Origin: an uncultured Ectothiorhodospiraceae bacterium
GTDB taxonomy: Bacteria; Pseudomonadota; Gammaproteobacteria; S012-40
Reading direction: 5' to 3'
DNA: 64,000 nt
Assembly: GCA_964636675.1 (NCBI GenBank)
Contig: CAZWUO010000001.1
Coordinates: 639-64,638, forward strand
This document shows, in pieces, positions 29,117 to 37,904 of the stretch (position 1 is the first letter of the stretch; each line of letters starts with the position of its first letter). Both the position numbers and the translations under genes were made by a program. The notes below the pieces were generated by a model, which saw only the letters and a program-made list of their open reading frames with translations, ran no database searches and was not told the DNA's origin.

Positions 29117-31639
29117 TTAACCATTTCTTCTATGTTTCTTTTTTTTCGCTTGTCCATGATTATTATATTTATGGGGCTTTTTATATTTTCTTTTATAAGA
29201 TTTCTTTTTTTTCCCATGATGCTTTCGAATCTTTACATGATGTTGTTCCATTTTGTGGTGCTTGTGGGCATATTTATGCGAGCGCTTTTTAGAATATTTT
29301 CGCAAGTGTTTTACTTCATAATAATATGTTTTTGATTTAATATTTCCAGATTCATCGCTTGCTGTCACTACAATGGTATATATTAAGTTTTCATTTGATC
29401 GAGGAATTCTGGTTTTTTTCAACCAGATATCCCATCCATCTTCGGTTTTTCTTATATCCCAAAATGGCTTATTGTACCGATGGCGTCTAGGATGTTTCTT
29501 AATATCCAGGTTAGTGGAAATGTTGATGTCTAGGTTTGGTGATTCATCAACGATGTCCTTTAAGCGATTAATGCTAAGCATGTGCTCGAGCTTACGATTT
29601 GGTGGCCAAAGTCTATTTTTAGTTTCAATGATCGTAAAAGTAGGAGCGGTAGTATCAATAATGATTATCTCTTGTACAGCAACACTTGTGTTTCCGTTGC
29701 TATCGGTTGCATGCCAAGTAACGAGTGTTTGACCAAGCGGCAACGCAGTTGGAGCATTATTAGTAATGGTTACTGGAAAGATATCTTCTGCTTGCGCCGA
29801 GCCAATATTAATTTTGGTTGCAAGACTAGTCGCCTCAGAAATAATATTTTCGGGTGTACTAAGAATAGGAGGTGTCGTATCAGCAACTTGAATGGTTGAT
29901 GTTAAGCTTGAGGCATTGCCACTTGCATCAATTGCACTCATATTTATATCGGTAAACCCGACCGGAAACCACGAGTCATTTATACTGATAGTGGTGTTAG
30001 GGATACTGCAATTGTCTGTTGCGTTGATCGTCACCAAGTAGTGGGCACCTTGTAACGAAGTGGCCTCTAACATGATGTACGATGGTGTGTGAATTTGGGG
30101 TGGTGTATAGTCGTTAATAGAAATTATTACATTATCTGAATCTAATGCATCCGAATTATCACGTACTTGTAAGTTAATGTTATGAATTCCGGTTGCCAAC
30201 GGAAGTACTGGATTCATTAAGTTATTGCTGCCAAAAGTGCCTGTCCAGGTATAGGCCAACGACTGCTCAGAGTCAGGATCGTTTGATTGGCTACCATCGA
30301 GTTGTATGTTTGTAGTAAGGCCGTTACACAATAAAACTTGATCAATTCCCGCATTTGCGACGGGCTGAATATTGGGTATGGTATCTCTCACACGAAGATT
30401 AATTTGGGTGTGATTATTCGAACCCAAATTTGACGCTGAAGACGAAAATGTCAACATCTCCCCGTTATCGTTTATTGCGCTAACGAAGTCAATATTAGCA
30501 TTCAGTTGCTGCCCTTGGTGAGTCAAACTGACTCGTTCGGTGGTACCTAAGATAGTATCGTAGACAAATAAATCGCTTGAATCGTTTGAGTCGTTGCTGA
30601 CCAAGTTGCTTGCTTTTGATACATATGACACAAAACGACCGTTATTACTCATTTTGGGTATTAGACTAACGTTGTTTGCTTGAATCCCCTCCGAGGATTT
30701 ACTGATGAGAATAATTGAATCGGTAGTTTTGTTGTACAAAAAAACATGTCTAAATGTTGCATTTGTACCAGCCACTAAATTCTTAGCGTCCGATATAAAT
30801 GCAATGTATTTTCCGTTGCCACTGATATAAGGGTTTCTATTGTTGGCGACAAGAGGGCTGCCATCAAAGGTTTTGCTGATTAACTCAGAAGTACCTGTTT
30901 CTCTGTCCCAAAGAAAGACATCATACTTATTGTTGTCATCAATCGGGTCAATGTTATTCGCAACAGAAATGTAACTGATGTATCTGCCATCATCACTGAT
31001 GCTTGGAGAATTGCTGTCCCCATTAGCGCTGGATCCATCAGGAGAGGATGAGATTAATTGTACCGAATTGTTAACTACATCAAATATGAATATATCGCGA
31101 AATTGATTGTTATCGTTAGGCGCTAGGTTTGTAGCTCTGGAGTGAAAAACGATATATTTTCCATTACCACTAATTTGAGATAACGAACTTATCCCATTCG
31201 GAATGCTTCCATCATGGGTTTTACTCACTAGTGTTGTAATGTTATTTGTTATATTTCTTAAAAATATATTACCCTTGCTTCCCGAGTTAGCGGTGAGATT
31301 GTTTGCAAAAGACTCGAACACTGCCAATGTCCCATTGCTATCTATATCTGCCCGAAGGCTATTTGCATTTCCTGGATCCCCTGAATTTGAAACACTTAAT
31401 CGAGTGAATTTATTTGTTGTTCGGTCAAGCAGATAGATGTTTCTATTTGTTACCCCATCATTTATAAGATTTCTGGCAGTAGATTCGAATACGATTCTAT
31501 TAGCCTTTGCGCTTATTGAGGGAGAATAGCTTGGACCATTTCCCAATTCGCTTCCATTCTTCGAAATTATAAATGTTTCAGCAGCATTTACCGCAAAACA
31601 AAACACGAATAGAAAACTATATTGGAACAGAGCTTTCAT
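29117..31639 (-). CDS. Secreted 840-aa protein: N-terminal PD40/TolB-like beta-propeller repeats, HYR/Ig-like modules and an extreme Lys/His-rich C-terminal tail
   Basis: GGAGG SD and signal peptide MKALFQYSFLFVFCFAVNAAE. Repeated NGKYI(V/A)F.S.A.NL units. HYR-like blocks (NCSIPNTTISINDSWFPVGFTDINMSAIDASGN, VTWHATDSNGNTS). Last 65 aa about 45% Lys and 20% His. Start overlaps the upstream gene's stop (ATGA). Confidence 0.7.
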   Translation of the reverse strand: MKALFQYSFLFVFCFAVNAAETFIISKNGSELGNGPSYSPSISAKANRIVFESTARNLINDGVTNRNIYLLDRTTNKFTRLSVSNSGDPGNANSLRADIDSNGTLAVFESFANNLTANSGSKGNIFLRNITNNITTLVSKTHDGSIPNGISSLSQISGNGKYIVFHSRATNLAPNDNNQFRDIFIFDVVNNSVQLISSSPDGSSANGDSNSPSISDDGRYISYISVANNIDPIDDNNKYDVFLWDRETGTSELISKTFDGSPLVANNRNPYISGNGKYIAFISDAKNLVAGTNATFRHVFLYNKTTDSIILISKSSEGIQANNVSLIPKMSNNGRFVSYVSKASNLVSNDSNDSSDLFVYDTILGTTERVSLTHQGQQLNANIDFVSAINDNGEMLTFSSSASNLGSNNHTQINLRVRDTIPNIQPVANAGIDQVLLCNGLTTNIQLDGSQSNDPDSEQSLAYTWTGTFGSNNLMNPVLPLATGIHNINLQVRDNSDALDSDNVIISINDYTPPQIHTPSYIMLEATSLQGAHYLVTINATDNCSIPNTTISINDSWFPVGFTDINMSAIDASGNASSLTSTIQVADTTPPILSTPENIISEATSLATKINIGSAQAEDIFPVTITNNAPTALPLGQTLVTWHATDSNGNTSVAVQEIIIIDTTAPTFTIIETKNRLWPPNRKLEHMLSINRLKDIVDESPNLDINISTNLDIKKHPRRHRYNKPFWDIRKTEDGWDIWLKKTRIPRSNENLIYTIVVTASDESGNIKSKTYYYEVKHLRKYSKKRSHKYAHKHHKMEQHHVKIRKHHGKKKKSYKRKYKKPHKYNNHGQAKKKKHRRNG

Positions 31640-32064
31640 AGTGAACCTCCATCTATCTCGCTGAATATAGGGAAATTCAGATTATCCTGAGTGCTGTTTT
31701 TTGCTTGTAAATCGAATACTAAAATGGGGTCTTGAGAAACGGAGCTTGCGGTTGTGTAAGTCGTAAAGCTCCAATAGGATTTGTACATACTCGAAATGGG
31801 TAAGTTTCCGATTTCGAGTATATGATTGGTTGGGTTACTCATTATATCGATACTACGAGGAATGAGAACGACGGAGTTAAAATTCTTCAAGGTGTTGTTA
31901 ATAATAGTGATCTCATAAACTGCGCTGGTGTAATCATCTTTCGAAAATACTGAAACCAAGCGATGTTTAACAGAGATAGCATTTTGCTCAGCCATCAAAT
32001 GACCTGGCCAAATTAATAAGACGCAAATCATAAATGCCAATATATACCTGTAATGATTCATCAC
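31636..32064 (-). CDS. Small secreted hypothetical protein (142 aa), translationally coupled to the downstream 840-aa gene
   Basis: Signal peptide (ILAFMICVLLIWPGHLMAEQ). The stop overlaps the start of the 29117..31639 gene. Confidence 0.55.
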   Translation of the reverse strand: MMNHYRYILAFMICVLLIWPGHLMAEQNAISVKHRLVSVFSKDDYTSAVYEITIINNTLKNFNSVVLIPRSIDIMSNPTNHILEIGNLPISSMYKSYWSFTTYTTASSVSQDPILVFDLQAKNSTQDNLNFPIFSEIDGGSL

Positions 32065-32080
32065 TATCCCAACCCCTCTT

Positions 32081-33946
32081 TTATTGCACTACTTCTAAAG
32101 CAATAGCGCCGTTAACCGTAATATCGTTGTTTACAAAATTTGAGTCTTCGACTGAATCGTTGACTGAATAAGTTAAGCCAACTCCAGCGGGATTATTGCT
32201 CGTTGGATCGGTTAGTGCGCTAAATGCACCATCAATCTGCCCGGTGGCTGAGCCAGATGCGCCTGTGTTTGCAAACATCGTAGTCATACTGCCGCTAAAG
32301 GTGGCGTTTGCATTGTTGATAGGAACGTTAATGGCTTGAGCGGTGATTTCATAATTTGTTGCATCAGGATCATTGATGTCTAACTTGATATCTGCAGATA
32401 TCGTTTGATTGGAAAAATTCGCGGTTAGGGAGGTTTGAGATCTGTTAAGTGTGCCGATATTTCCAAAGTTGTCGGTAGGTGAGGTATTGCCAATGACTGC
32501 ATAATGTGCAACACCGGTAGATGGCAAGGTAATTTGCTCTGCTGATTCATCCATTAACAACCAATGTAGTTTATTTTGGGTAAGATCGATGTTGGATGCT
32601 GTCGTGCCGTCTGATAGCTTCATGCTGCCAGATTCCCACCGCCCCCAAGAAATTCCGAGAGCTGCATTTGAACCACTATCTGCATTTTTTGCAGTTCCTA
32701 TGCTCACCGTTTGTTCTTCGGTAATTAAAGCACTGTTCAATATTTTAATCTTGAACGAAGTGAGTCGTTGGTTTGTGTCGATTTGAAAATCACTCGTTTT
32801 ACGGGAATATACTGCACTCGATATGTTCAAACCATTGTTGGAAAAAATGTTGTTAGATACTGCAATATTATTCTGAGAAATTACCGGTGGCATAATAATA
32901 TTGGGAGTGGATTCGTCCGTTGAAGAATCATTTGGAGGGGGAATACTAATACTGGCTTCAGTAGAGGCATCTTCTTTTGAATGTGTATTTGAGACGATTA
33001 ACAGAACATTTTTTTTGTCCTCAATGGCAGTTTCATTTGATTGCGCGAGTATTTCGGATGATTCAGTATTTCTGACTAACACCTCTTCTTCAAGTTTGTC
33101 ATCAACAAAAATATCATCTGATTTGACCGTTGAAATGATATCTTCTGATACCGAGCTATTTGTTACACGATTATTTTCGGGGTTGACGAATGAGTCTTGT
33201 TTGCCTGCGATTGATGTTGTTACTTTGGAGTTGTTAACGATGTCTTTTGTTATAGATTTTTCTGCAATATTGGAATCAGATTGATTTGATTTTATCGCAG
33301 CAAATAATAACTCTCCAGGTGCTGAATCTAAAAGCAGGGGTTCAGATGAGAAGTCTGGAACATAACCATATTCACTGGCATCAATTTCTACGCTGCCTCC
33401 TTCATTAGCTACTACAACTCCGCCAGCCATAACGCCAATATATAACCCATTATCGTTATTGCAGTCTTCGTCACACAATCGTGCGCTATAGTCTGTTCCT
33501 CTAATGCCTATTGTTGCGATTGGAGTTGCAACTTTATACGATTTTTTATTTGCTTCACCTATAGACCCGGTAACACTTCTAAAGCTTCCCTTTAACAAGT
33601 TGAAGAATGTTCTGTCATTTTCAATATTTTCATTAAAAGTGAATATGTCAATTCTAAATCGACTATTTGGCCTGATGGCAATAAGTCCACCATCGGCCAT
33701 TCTTAGTTGGGCTTGACCGTTTTCTGATGTTATAATTGTGTCTCCCTCATTAATATCATCACCTCGATAAAGTCGTTTTATCTGTTTCGAGTCAGAATTT
33801 TTTATATGTACACCACCCAGAGAAAATAAAACTTTTCCCGCAGCAGAATAGGCTGTTATAGGAATGAATAAAATAAATAACATAAAAATAGTTTGTAATT
33901 TAGTTGTGTTGTTTTGGAAAAAATAAACTGGGTTTTCGGTAGTCAT
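32081..33946 (-). CDS. Secreted 621-aa protein: signal-peptidase-I type leader, FecR-like N-domain, long Ser/Asn/Thr/Asp-rich linker, C-terminal beta-rich domain (candidate Slam-type cargo)
   Basis: AGGAGG SD. Leader MLFILFIPITAYSAAGK with no lipobox Cys. FecR-like block GKVLFSLGGVHIKNSD...GDDINEGDTIITSENGQAQLRMADGGLIAIRPNSRF. C-terminal 200 aa of alternating hydrophobic/polar strands (GVAHYAVIGN, LTANFSNQTISADIKLDI, ATFSGSMTTMFA, AGVGLTYSV) ending VVQ. Confidence 0.7.
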   Translation of the reverse strand: MTTENPVYFFQNNTTKLQTIFMLFILFIPITAYSAAGKVLFSLGGVHIKNSDSKQIKRLYRGDDINEGDTIITSENGQAQLRMADGGLIAIRPNSRFRIDIFTFNENIENDRTFFNLLKGSFRSVTGSIGEANKKSYKVATPIATIGIRGTDYSARLCDEDCNNDNGLYIGVMAGGVVVANEGGSVEIDASEYGYVPDFSSEPLLLDSAPGELLFAAIKSNQSDSNIAEKSITKDIVNNSKVTTSIAGKQDSFVNPENNRVTNSSVSEDIISTVKSDDIFVDDKLEEEVLVRNTESSEILAQSNETAIEDKKNVLLIVSNTHSKEDASTEASISIPPPNDSSTDESTPNIIMPPVISQNNIAVSNNIFSNNGLNISSAVYSRKTSDFQIDTNQRLTSFKIKILNSALITEEQTVSIGTAKNADSGSNAALGISWGRWESGSMKLSDGTTASNIDLTQNKLHWLLMDESAEQITLPSTGVAHYAVIGNTSPTDNFGNIGTLNRSQTSLTANFSNQTISADIKLDINDPDATNYEITAQAINVPINNANATFSGSMTTMFANTGASGSATGQIDGAFSALTDPTSNNPAGVGLTYSVNDSVEDSNFVNNDITVNGAIALEVVQ

Positions 33947-33958
33947 TCGGTCTACCTC

Positions 33959-35293
33959 CTATTGTATTTTCCATTGAACAGACAAATTTATTGAAAATCT
34001 GTCGTAATCAAATAGAGAAACGGTTGAAATATTTTTTATGTACTTTATTTGTGGAATAATACTTAAATTTTTTCTAATTATTATATTTATGCCACTGGAA
34101 AAATTTGCTTTTTTTTCTTTGCGAATTGTCCCAATAAATGGTTTGTTATAATTTGAAGTAGATAATTTTATCTGTGTGAAAAATTGTTTTTTCCCGCCTA
34201 AAAAATGGTTTGTTATGATTTTTGTATGTAAAGAATTTTTTTCATACGGCGATGATTTCAATTTTGGCGCGTCATATTCAATATATCCAGCCAATAAAGC
34301 GGTAGATGGAATAAATAATTTGTATGAAAATTTGGTGTTAATTTCGATTGATCCTTGGTAGCGATCACGTAATGAAAAATTCGATGCATGTGTGTAGTAA
34401 GATATTGTGGAGCTAGTACCGAATCTAATGGTTGGCGAAGCAAAGTAATTCCATTGTGCAGTCGATCTTATGATTCCGGTATTAAATTCGGTTCCCAGAT
34501 AAAATGCGGTGACTGATATATTTGTGTTAGTTGAAAATTTGAGTCTCTTATACGACATTCCGATTGAGGACATTGCACCCGACGAGTTTACAAATGACGC
34601 TCGATTGTATCGATTATCAAATATCGCTGCACTAAGATAAATGTCAGTTCGTTTGTTAGATGAATATGTTGCTGTATTATTCATTGTTAAGCCCATAAAC
34701 TCCGAAGGCGTTGCTTTACTTTCTTGGGTTAATATTAATCCAAGAAAGGATTCATTTTCTGTGGCTGAATTCACATTGTCGTCAAATCCGCCTTTTAGTG
34801 TGACGTAGGTCTCGAAATTAATTGGTTTTTCATACAGTTTGGCATTGATTTTTTTCAACGAAACTGTGATAAATTGTTGCAATTCTCGCGGTGGTTGCAA
34901 GCTTTGAGATATTTCAAATTGTCTTTTTGCTTGATGCAGTTCATGTGCTCGATAATACGCCCGACCTAACTCAAAATGAGCTCCACCGAAGTTCGGGTGT
35001 ATGGCTACGGATCTTTCTAAAGCGAATATAGCGATGCTGGTTTTTCCGGTTTCTAATGCGGATAAACCCAATAAATAGTCAAACTGAGGGTTGCCCGCGT
35101 TAGTTTCCGCTAAGGGGTTTAGCAGCGAGAATGCTCTTATAGATTGGTTATTTGCAATAAGAACTTCGGCTTTTTCCAATAGTTCTTTTAACACATTTTT
35201 ATTCGCGGCTTCATTAATAGATTCGCTTGCTGTTACCTTGGGCAAAAAAATGGATAAAGCGAGAAGGAGAAAAAGCCATTTTGTATTTTTCAT
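33959..35293 (-). CDS. Outer-membrane protein: signal peptide, periplasmic TPR repeats, C-terminal beta-barrel (Slam / DUF560-like surface-protein translocator candidate)
   Basis: Signal peptide MKNTKWLFLLLALSIFLPKVTASE. TPR-like helices (FDYLLGLSALETGKTSIAIFALERSVAIHPNFGGAHFELGRAYYRAHELHQAKRQFEISQSL). About 290-aa C-terminal region of amphipathic beta-strands with aromatic girdle residues. First gene of a 4-gene operon, 12-nt gap to the next gene. Confidence 0.7.
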   Translation of the reverse strand: MKNTKWLFLLLALSIFLPKVTASESINEAANKNVLKELLEKAEVLIANNQSIRAFSLLNPLAETNAGNPQFDYLLGLSALETGKTSIAIFALERSVAIHPNFGGAHFELGRAYYRAHELHQAKRQFEISQSLQPPRELQQFITVSLKKINAKLYEKPINFETYVTLKGGFDDNVNSATENESFLGLILTQESKATPSEFMGLTMNNTATYSSNKRTDIYLSAAIFDNRYNRASFVNSSGAMSSIGMSYKRLKFSTNTNISVTAFYLGTEFNTGIIRSTAQWNYFASPTIRFGTSSTISYYTHASNFSLRDRYQGSIEINTKFSYKLFIPSTALLAGYIEYDAPKLKSSPYEKNSLHTKIITNHFLGGKKQFFTQIKLSTSNYNKPFIGTIRKEKKANFSSGINIIIRKNLSIIPQIKYIKNISTVSLFDYDRFSINLSVQWKIQ

Positions 35294-35500
35294 TTTTTAG
35301 TTCGCTACCAGAAAACCTTTCATACATAAGCAATTTTATCGCTAGCTGATAATTTTTACTGCGCTTGGTATCACAATAATTCTTTTTGATTTTGACGCAG
35401 TTCACGGTTTTGCTAAAAGCAAGCAAGAATTTCATTAAAACACCATATTAATAATGGTTTTATGGGGATTGTTGAATTGTTTTTTTTCTGTTTGGTATGA

Positions 35501-35619
35501 CTCATCGACTATTCACGGCATAGCGCGTTCATCCTCTGAGTGAATCCGATAAACAGGGCTATTCATTTTATAATCAATCGCTTAGCGATACCTCATGGCA
35601 GTCAACCGCGGAATCTAGG
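35501..35619. repeat. Truncated copy of the MITE-like repeat (right terminal inverted repeat plus internal region)
   Basis: ...catcctctgagtgaatccgataaac...cgcttagcgatacctcatggcagtcaaccgcggaatctagg. Aligns with the right half of the 24510 copy and the interior of the 15420 copy. Right flank tttaa. Confidence 0.6.
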
Positions 35620-35732
35620 TTTAAGATAAATTGCTTTCAAGTCAACTTGTCGAGCAACCGATAAACGAGTGGGTAATGGTCATAAATCAAATAAAACCTT
35701 GAGATACAAACGGTAATAACGGAGAAAACACG

Positions 35733-36029
35733 ATGTCGGTAACGAGTAAGATAGATGGTGACAATGTGATGATTACAATCAGTGGGAGGTTTAATTTTAA
35801 TGATCATGTACAATTTAGAAATGCTTATAAAGATGTGCCTCCGAATGCTACTTACACAATGGATATGAGCAATACGGAATATATGGATAGTTCTGCTTTA
35901 GGAATGTTACTTCTGCTACGTGAGCATGCAGGAGGAGACTCATCTGATATTATTATTGCAGGTAGTCCCCCAGACATAAAGAAAATACTCAATATCGCAA
36001 ATTTTCAAAAACTGTTTGAAATACGTTAG
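35733..36029 (+). CDS. STAS-domain anti-sigma-factor antagonist (HsbA/SpoIIAA-like)
   Basis: 98 aa. STAS pattern with phosphorylatable Ser in DSSALGMLLLL. Confidence 0.75.
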   Translation: MSVTSKIDGDNVMITISGRFNFNDHVQFRNAYKDVPPNATYTMDMSNTEYMDSSALGMLLLLREHAGGDSSDIIIAGSPPDIKKILNIANFQKLFEIR

Positions 36030-36043
36030 TTTTTTTTAATAAC

Positions 36044-37750
36044 ATGAAAGTATTAGTGGTCGATGATGATGCAACGAATAGGCTCGTCTTAAAGGGCTTA
36101 CTCGAAAAAGAAGATCATGATGTTATGCTGGCAGTAAACGGTGTTGAGGCTATTCAACAGTATGAAAATGGCAGTCCAGACCTGATTTTAATGGATGTTA
36201 TGATGCCAGAAATGGATGGCTACGAGGCGACCAGAGAAATCAAAAAGAGGTGTGGTAGCCGATTTGTTCCGATAATATTTTTAACCGCAGTTAGTGGTAA
36301 TGAAGCGTTAGTAACCTGTCTCGAATATGGTGGTGACGATTATATCGGGAAACCTTTCAACCGAACCGTATTAAGCGCAAAAATTGAAGCAATGAACCGC
36401 ATTGTTTCTCTTTATTATCAAATCCAAAACCAAAAAGAAGAGCTTGAAACCCATAAGCGTCATGTTCAGCGCGAAACTGAAGTAGCAGAGAAAATATTTA
36501 ATGGTATTCTTGAGCGCAGTGATTTAAATGTAGACTTTATCAATACCTTAAGACGTTCAGCCGAAGCATTTAATGGTGATATCGTGCTTGCCACGCGTAA
36601 TCCAAACGGGGGGATGAATATATTAGTGGGTGATTTTACAGGTCATGGTTTAGCCGCTGCTATTGGAGCAATGCCTGTCGCTGATGTGTTTTATGGAATG
36701 TCCAAAAAAGGCTTTGAGCTTGAAGACATTGTATCGGAAATAAATAAAAAATTACGTGTTGTCTTACCCATGGGGAGATTTTTGGCGGCGTGTATTATTC
36801 ATGTGGATACACGTTGCGAATACCTAAAAATATGGAACGGAGGAATGCCAGACGTTCTTATTTACCGACCGAGTGCGAAACAAGTAGTAGAATACTTGCC
36901 TTCTGAGCACGTTCCGTTGGGAATCTCTTCTCCTGTTCAGTTTGAAACGCAAGCCACCCGGGTGAAAATCAGCCCTGGCGACTATTTATATATTTATTCT
37001 GACGGTGTCGTTGAAACCACAAACGAACACGATGAGTTATTTGGAATGGATAGATTGGTTGAAGTTATTACTACGTTTGATGGCAACGAGGTTATCAGTG
37101 AATTAGAGGCATCTTTAAGTCGGTTCTCTAATACGCTTCCGCAAGCTGATGATATTACTTTAATGGAGTTTCATTGTAATCCAACTCATTTATTGCAACT
37201 CGATAATGAGATATCAGTTGGTAAAACATATGCAACCAGTTGGAGTATGTCGTTTATTTTTGAAACAGATACCTTACAGCGATTAGATCCAGTCACTTTT
37301 TTAATGAAAACCTTGAGCGAAATACAAGGCCTGCGAAGTCACAGTCAAAGTTTGTTTATGATCATTTCAGAGTTGTTTAGCAATGCGCTTGAGCATGGTG
37401 TGCTTGGCTTAGATTCGAAGTTAAAGACGACGCCTGAGGGATTTGCGCAATATTATTTTTTACGAGAAACTTTATTAAAAAAGATGAAATATGCTTATAT
37501 AAAGTTCAGTTTTTCACAGAAAATCATCGGTAGAGGAGGTGAAATAACCATCGGGGTTGAGGACTCAGGAGATGGGTTTGACTATGCTTCGTTAGGTGGG
37601 GAGAAACAATCAATGCCGCCTGAAAGTGTTAAATCGGGACGCGGACAGGTGCTTATTGCTGATTTGTGTGAGACTATTACCTATAAAGGAAAAGGAAATG
37701 TGGTTGAAGCCGTTTATTCTTGGAATGATACCCCCCTTATCGCGCATTAA
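36044..37750 (+). CDS. Three-domain partner-switching regulator: REC receiver + PP2C (SpoIIE/RsbU-like) phosphatase + RsbW-like GHKL serine kinase (HsbR-like)
   Basis: REC (MKVLVVDDD...DLILMDVMMPEMDG). PP2C block (GDFTGHGLAAAIGAMPV...YIYSDGVVE). GHKL N-box ELFSNALEHG, G1 DSGDGFD, G2 GRGQVLIA. Confidence 0.8.
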   Translation: MKVLVVDDDATNRLVLKGLLEKEDHDVMLAVNGVEAIQQYENGSPDLILMDVMMPEMDGYEATREIKKRCGSRFVPIIFLTAVSGNEALVTCLEYGGDDYIGKPFNRTVLSAKIEAMNRIVSLYYQIQNQKEELETHKRHVQRETEVAEKIFNGILERSDLNVDFINTLRRSAEAFNGDIVLATRNPNGGMNILVGDFTGHGLAAAIGAMPVADVFYGMSKKGFELEDIVSEINKKLRVVLPMGRFLAACIIHVDTRCEYLKIWNGGMPDVLIYRPSAKQVVEYLPSEHVPLGISSPVQFETQATRVKISPGDYLYIYSDGVVETTNEHDELFGMDRLVEVITTFDGNEVISELEASLSRFSNTLPQADDITLMEFHCNPTHLLQLDNEISVGKTYATSWSMSFIFETDTLQRLDPVTFLMKTLSEIQGLRSHSQSLFMIISELFSNALEHGVLGLDSKLKTTPEGFAQYYFLRETLLKKMKYAYIKFSFSQKIIGRGGEITIGVEDSGDGFDYASLGGEKQSMPPESVKSGRGQVLIADLCETITYKGKGNVVEAVYSWNDTPLIAH

Positions 37751-37904
37751 AAGAAAATCAACAGGCGCTAACAAATAGATAATAATGATAATTCTGTGTA
37801 AGCTAGCATCATGACTCCTGGATTCATTTATCACCAATGTATTTTACTGGAGAATATCAACATATCATGCTGAATTAGTTACATAATAATAAGGGGGGTG
37901 ATCT

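Noticed and set aside
29017-29899. Several overlapping small ORFs (29017..29217 -, 29062..29292 +, 29102..29335 +, 29373..29732 +, 29582..29899 +) with poly-Phe/Leu translations
   Set aside because: They are artefacts of the AAA/AAG-rich (Lys-rich) 3' end of the 840-aa gene read in other frames or on the opposite strand.
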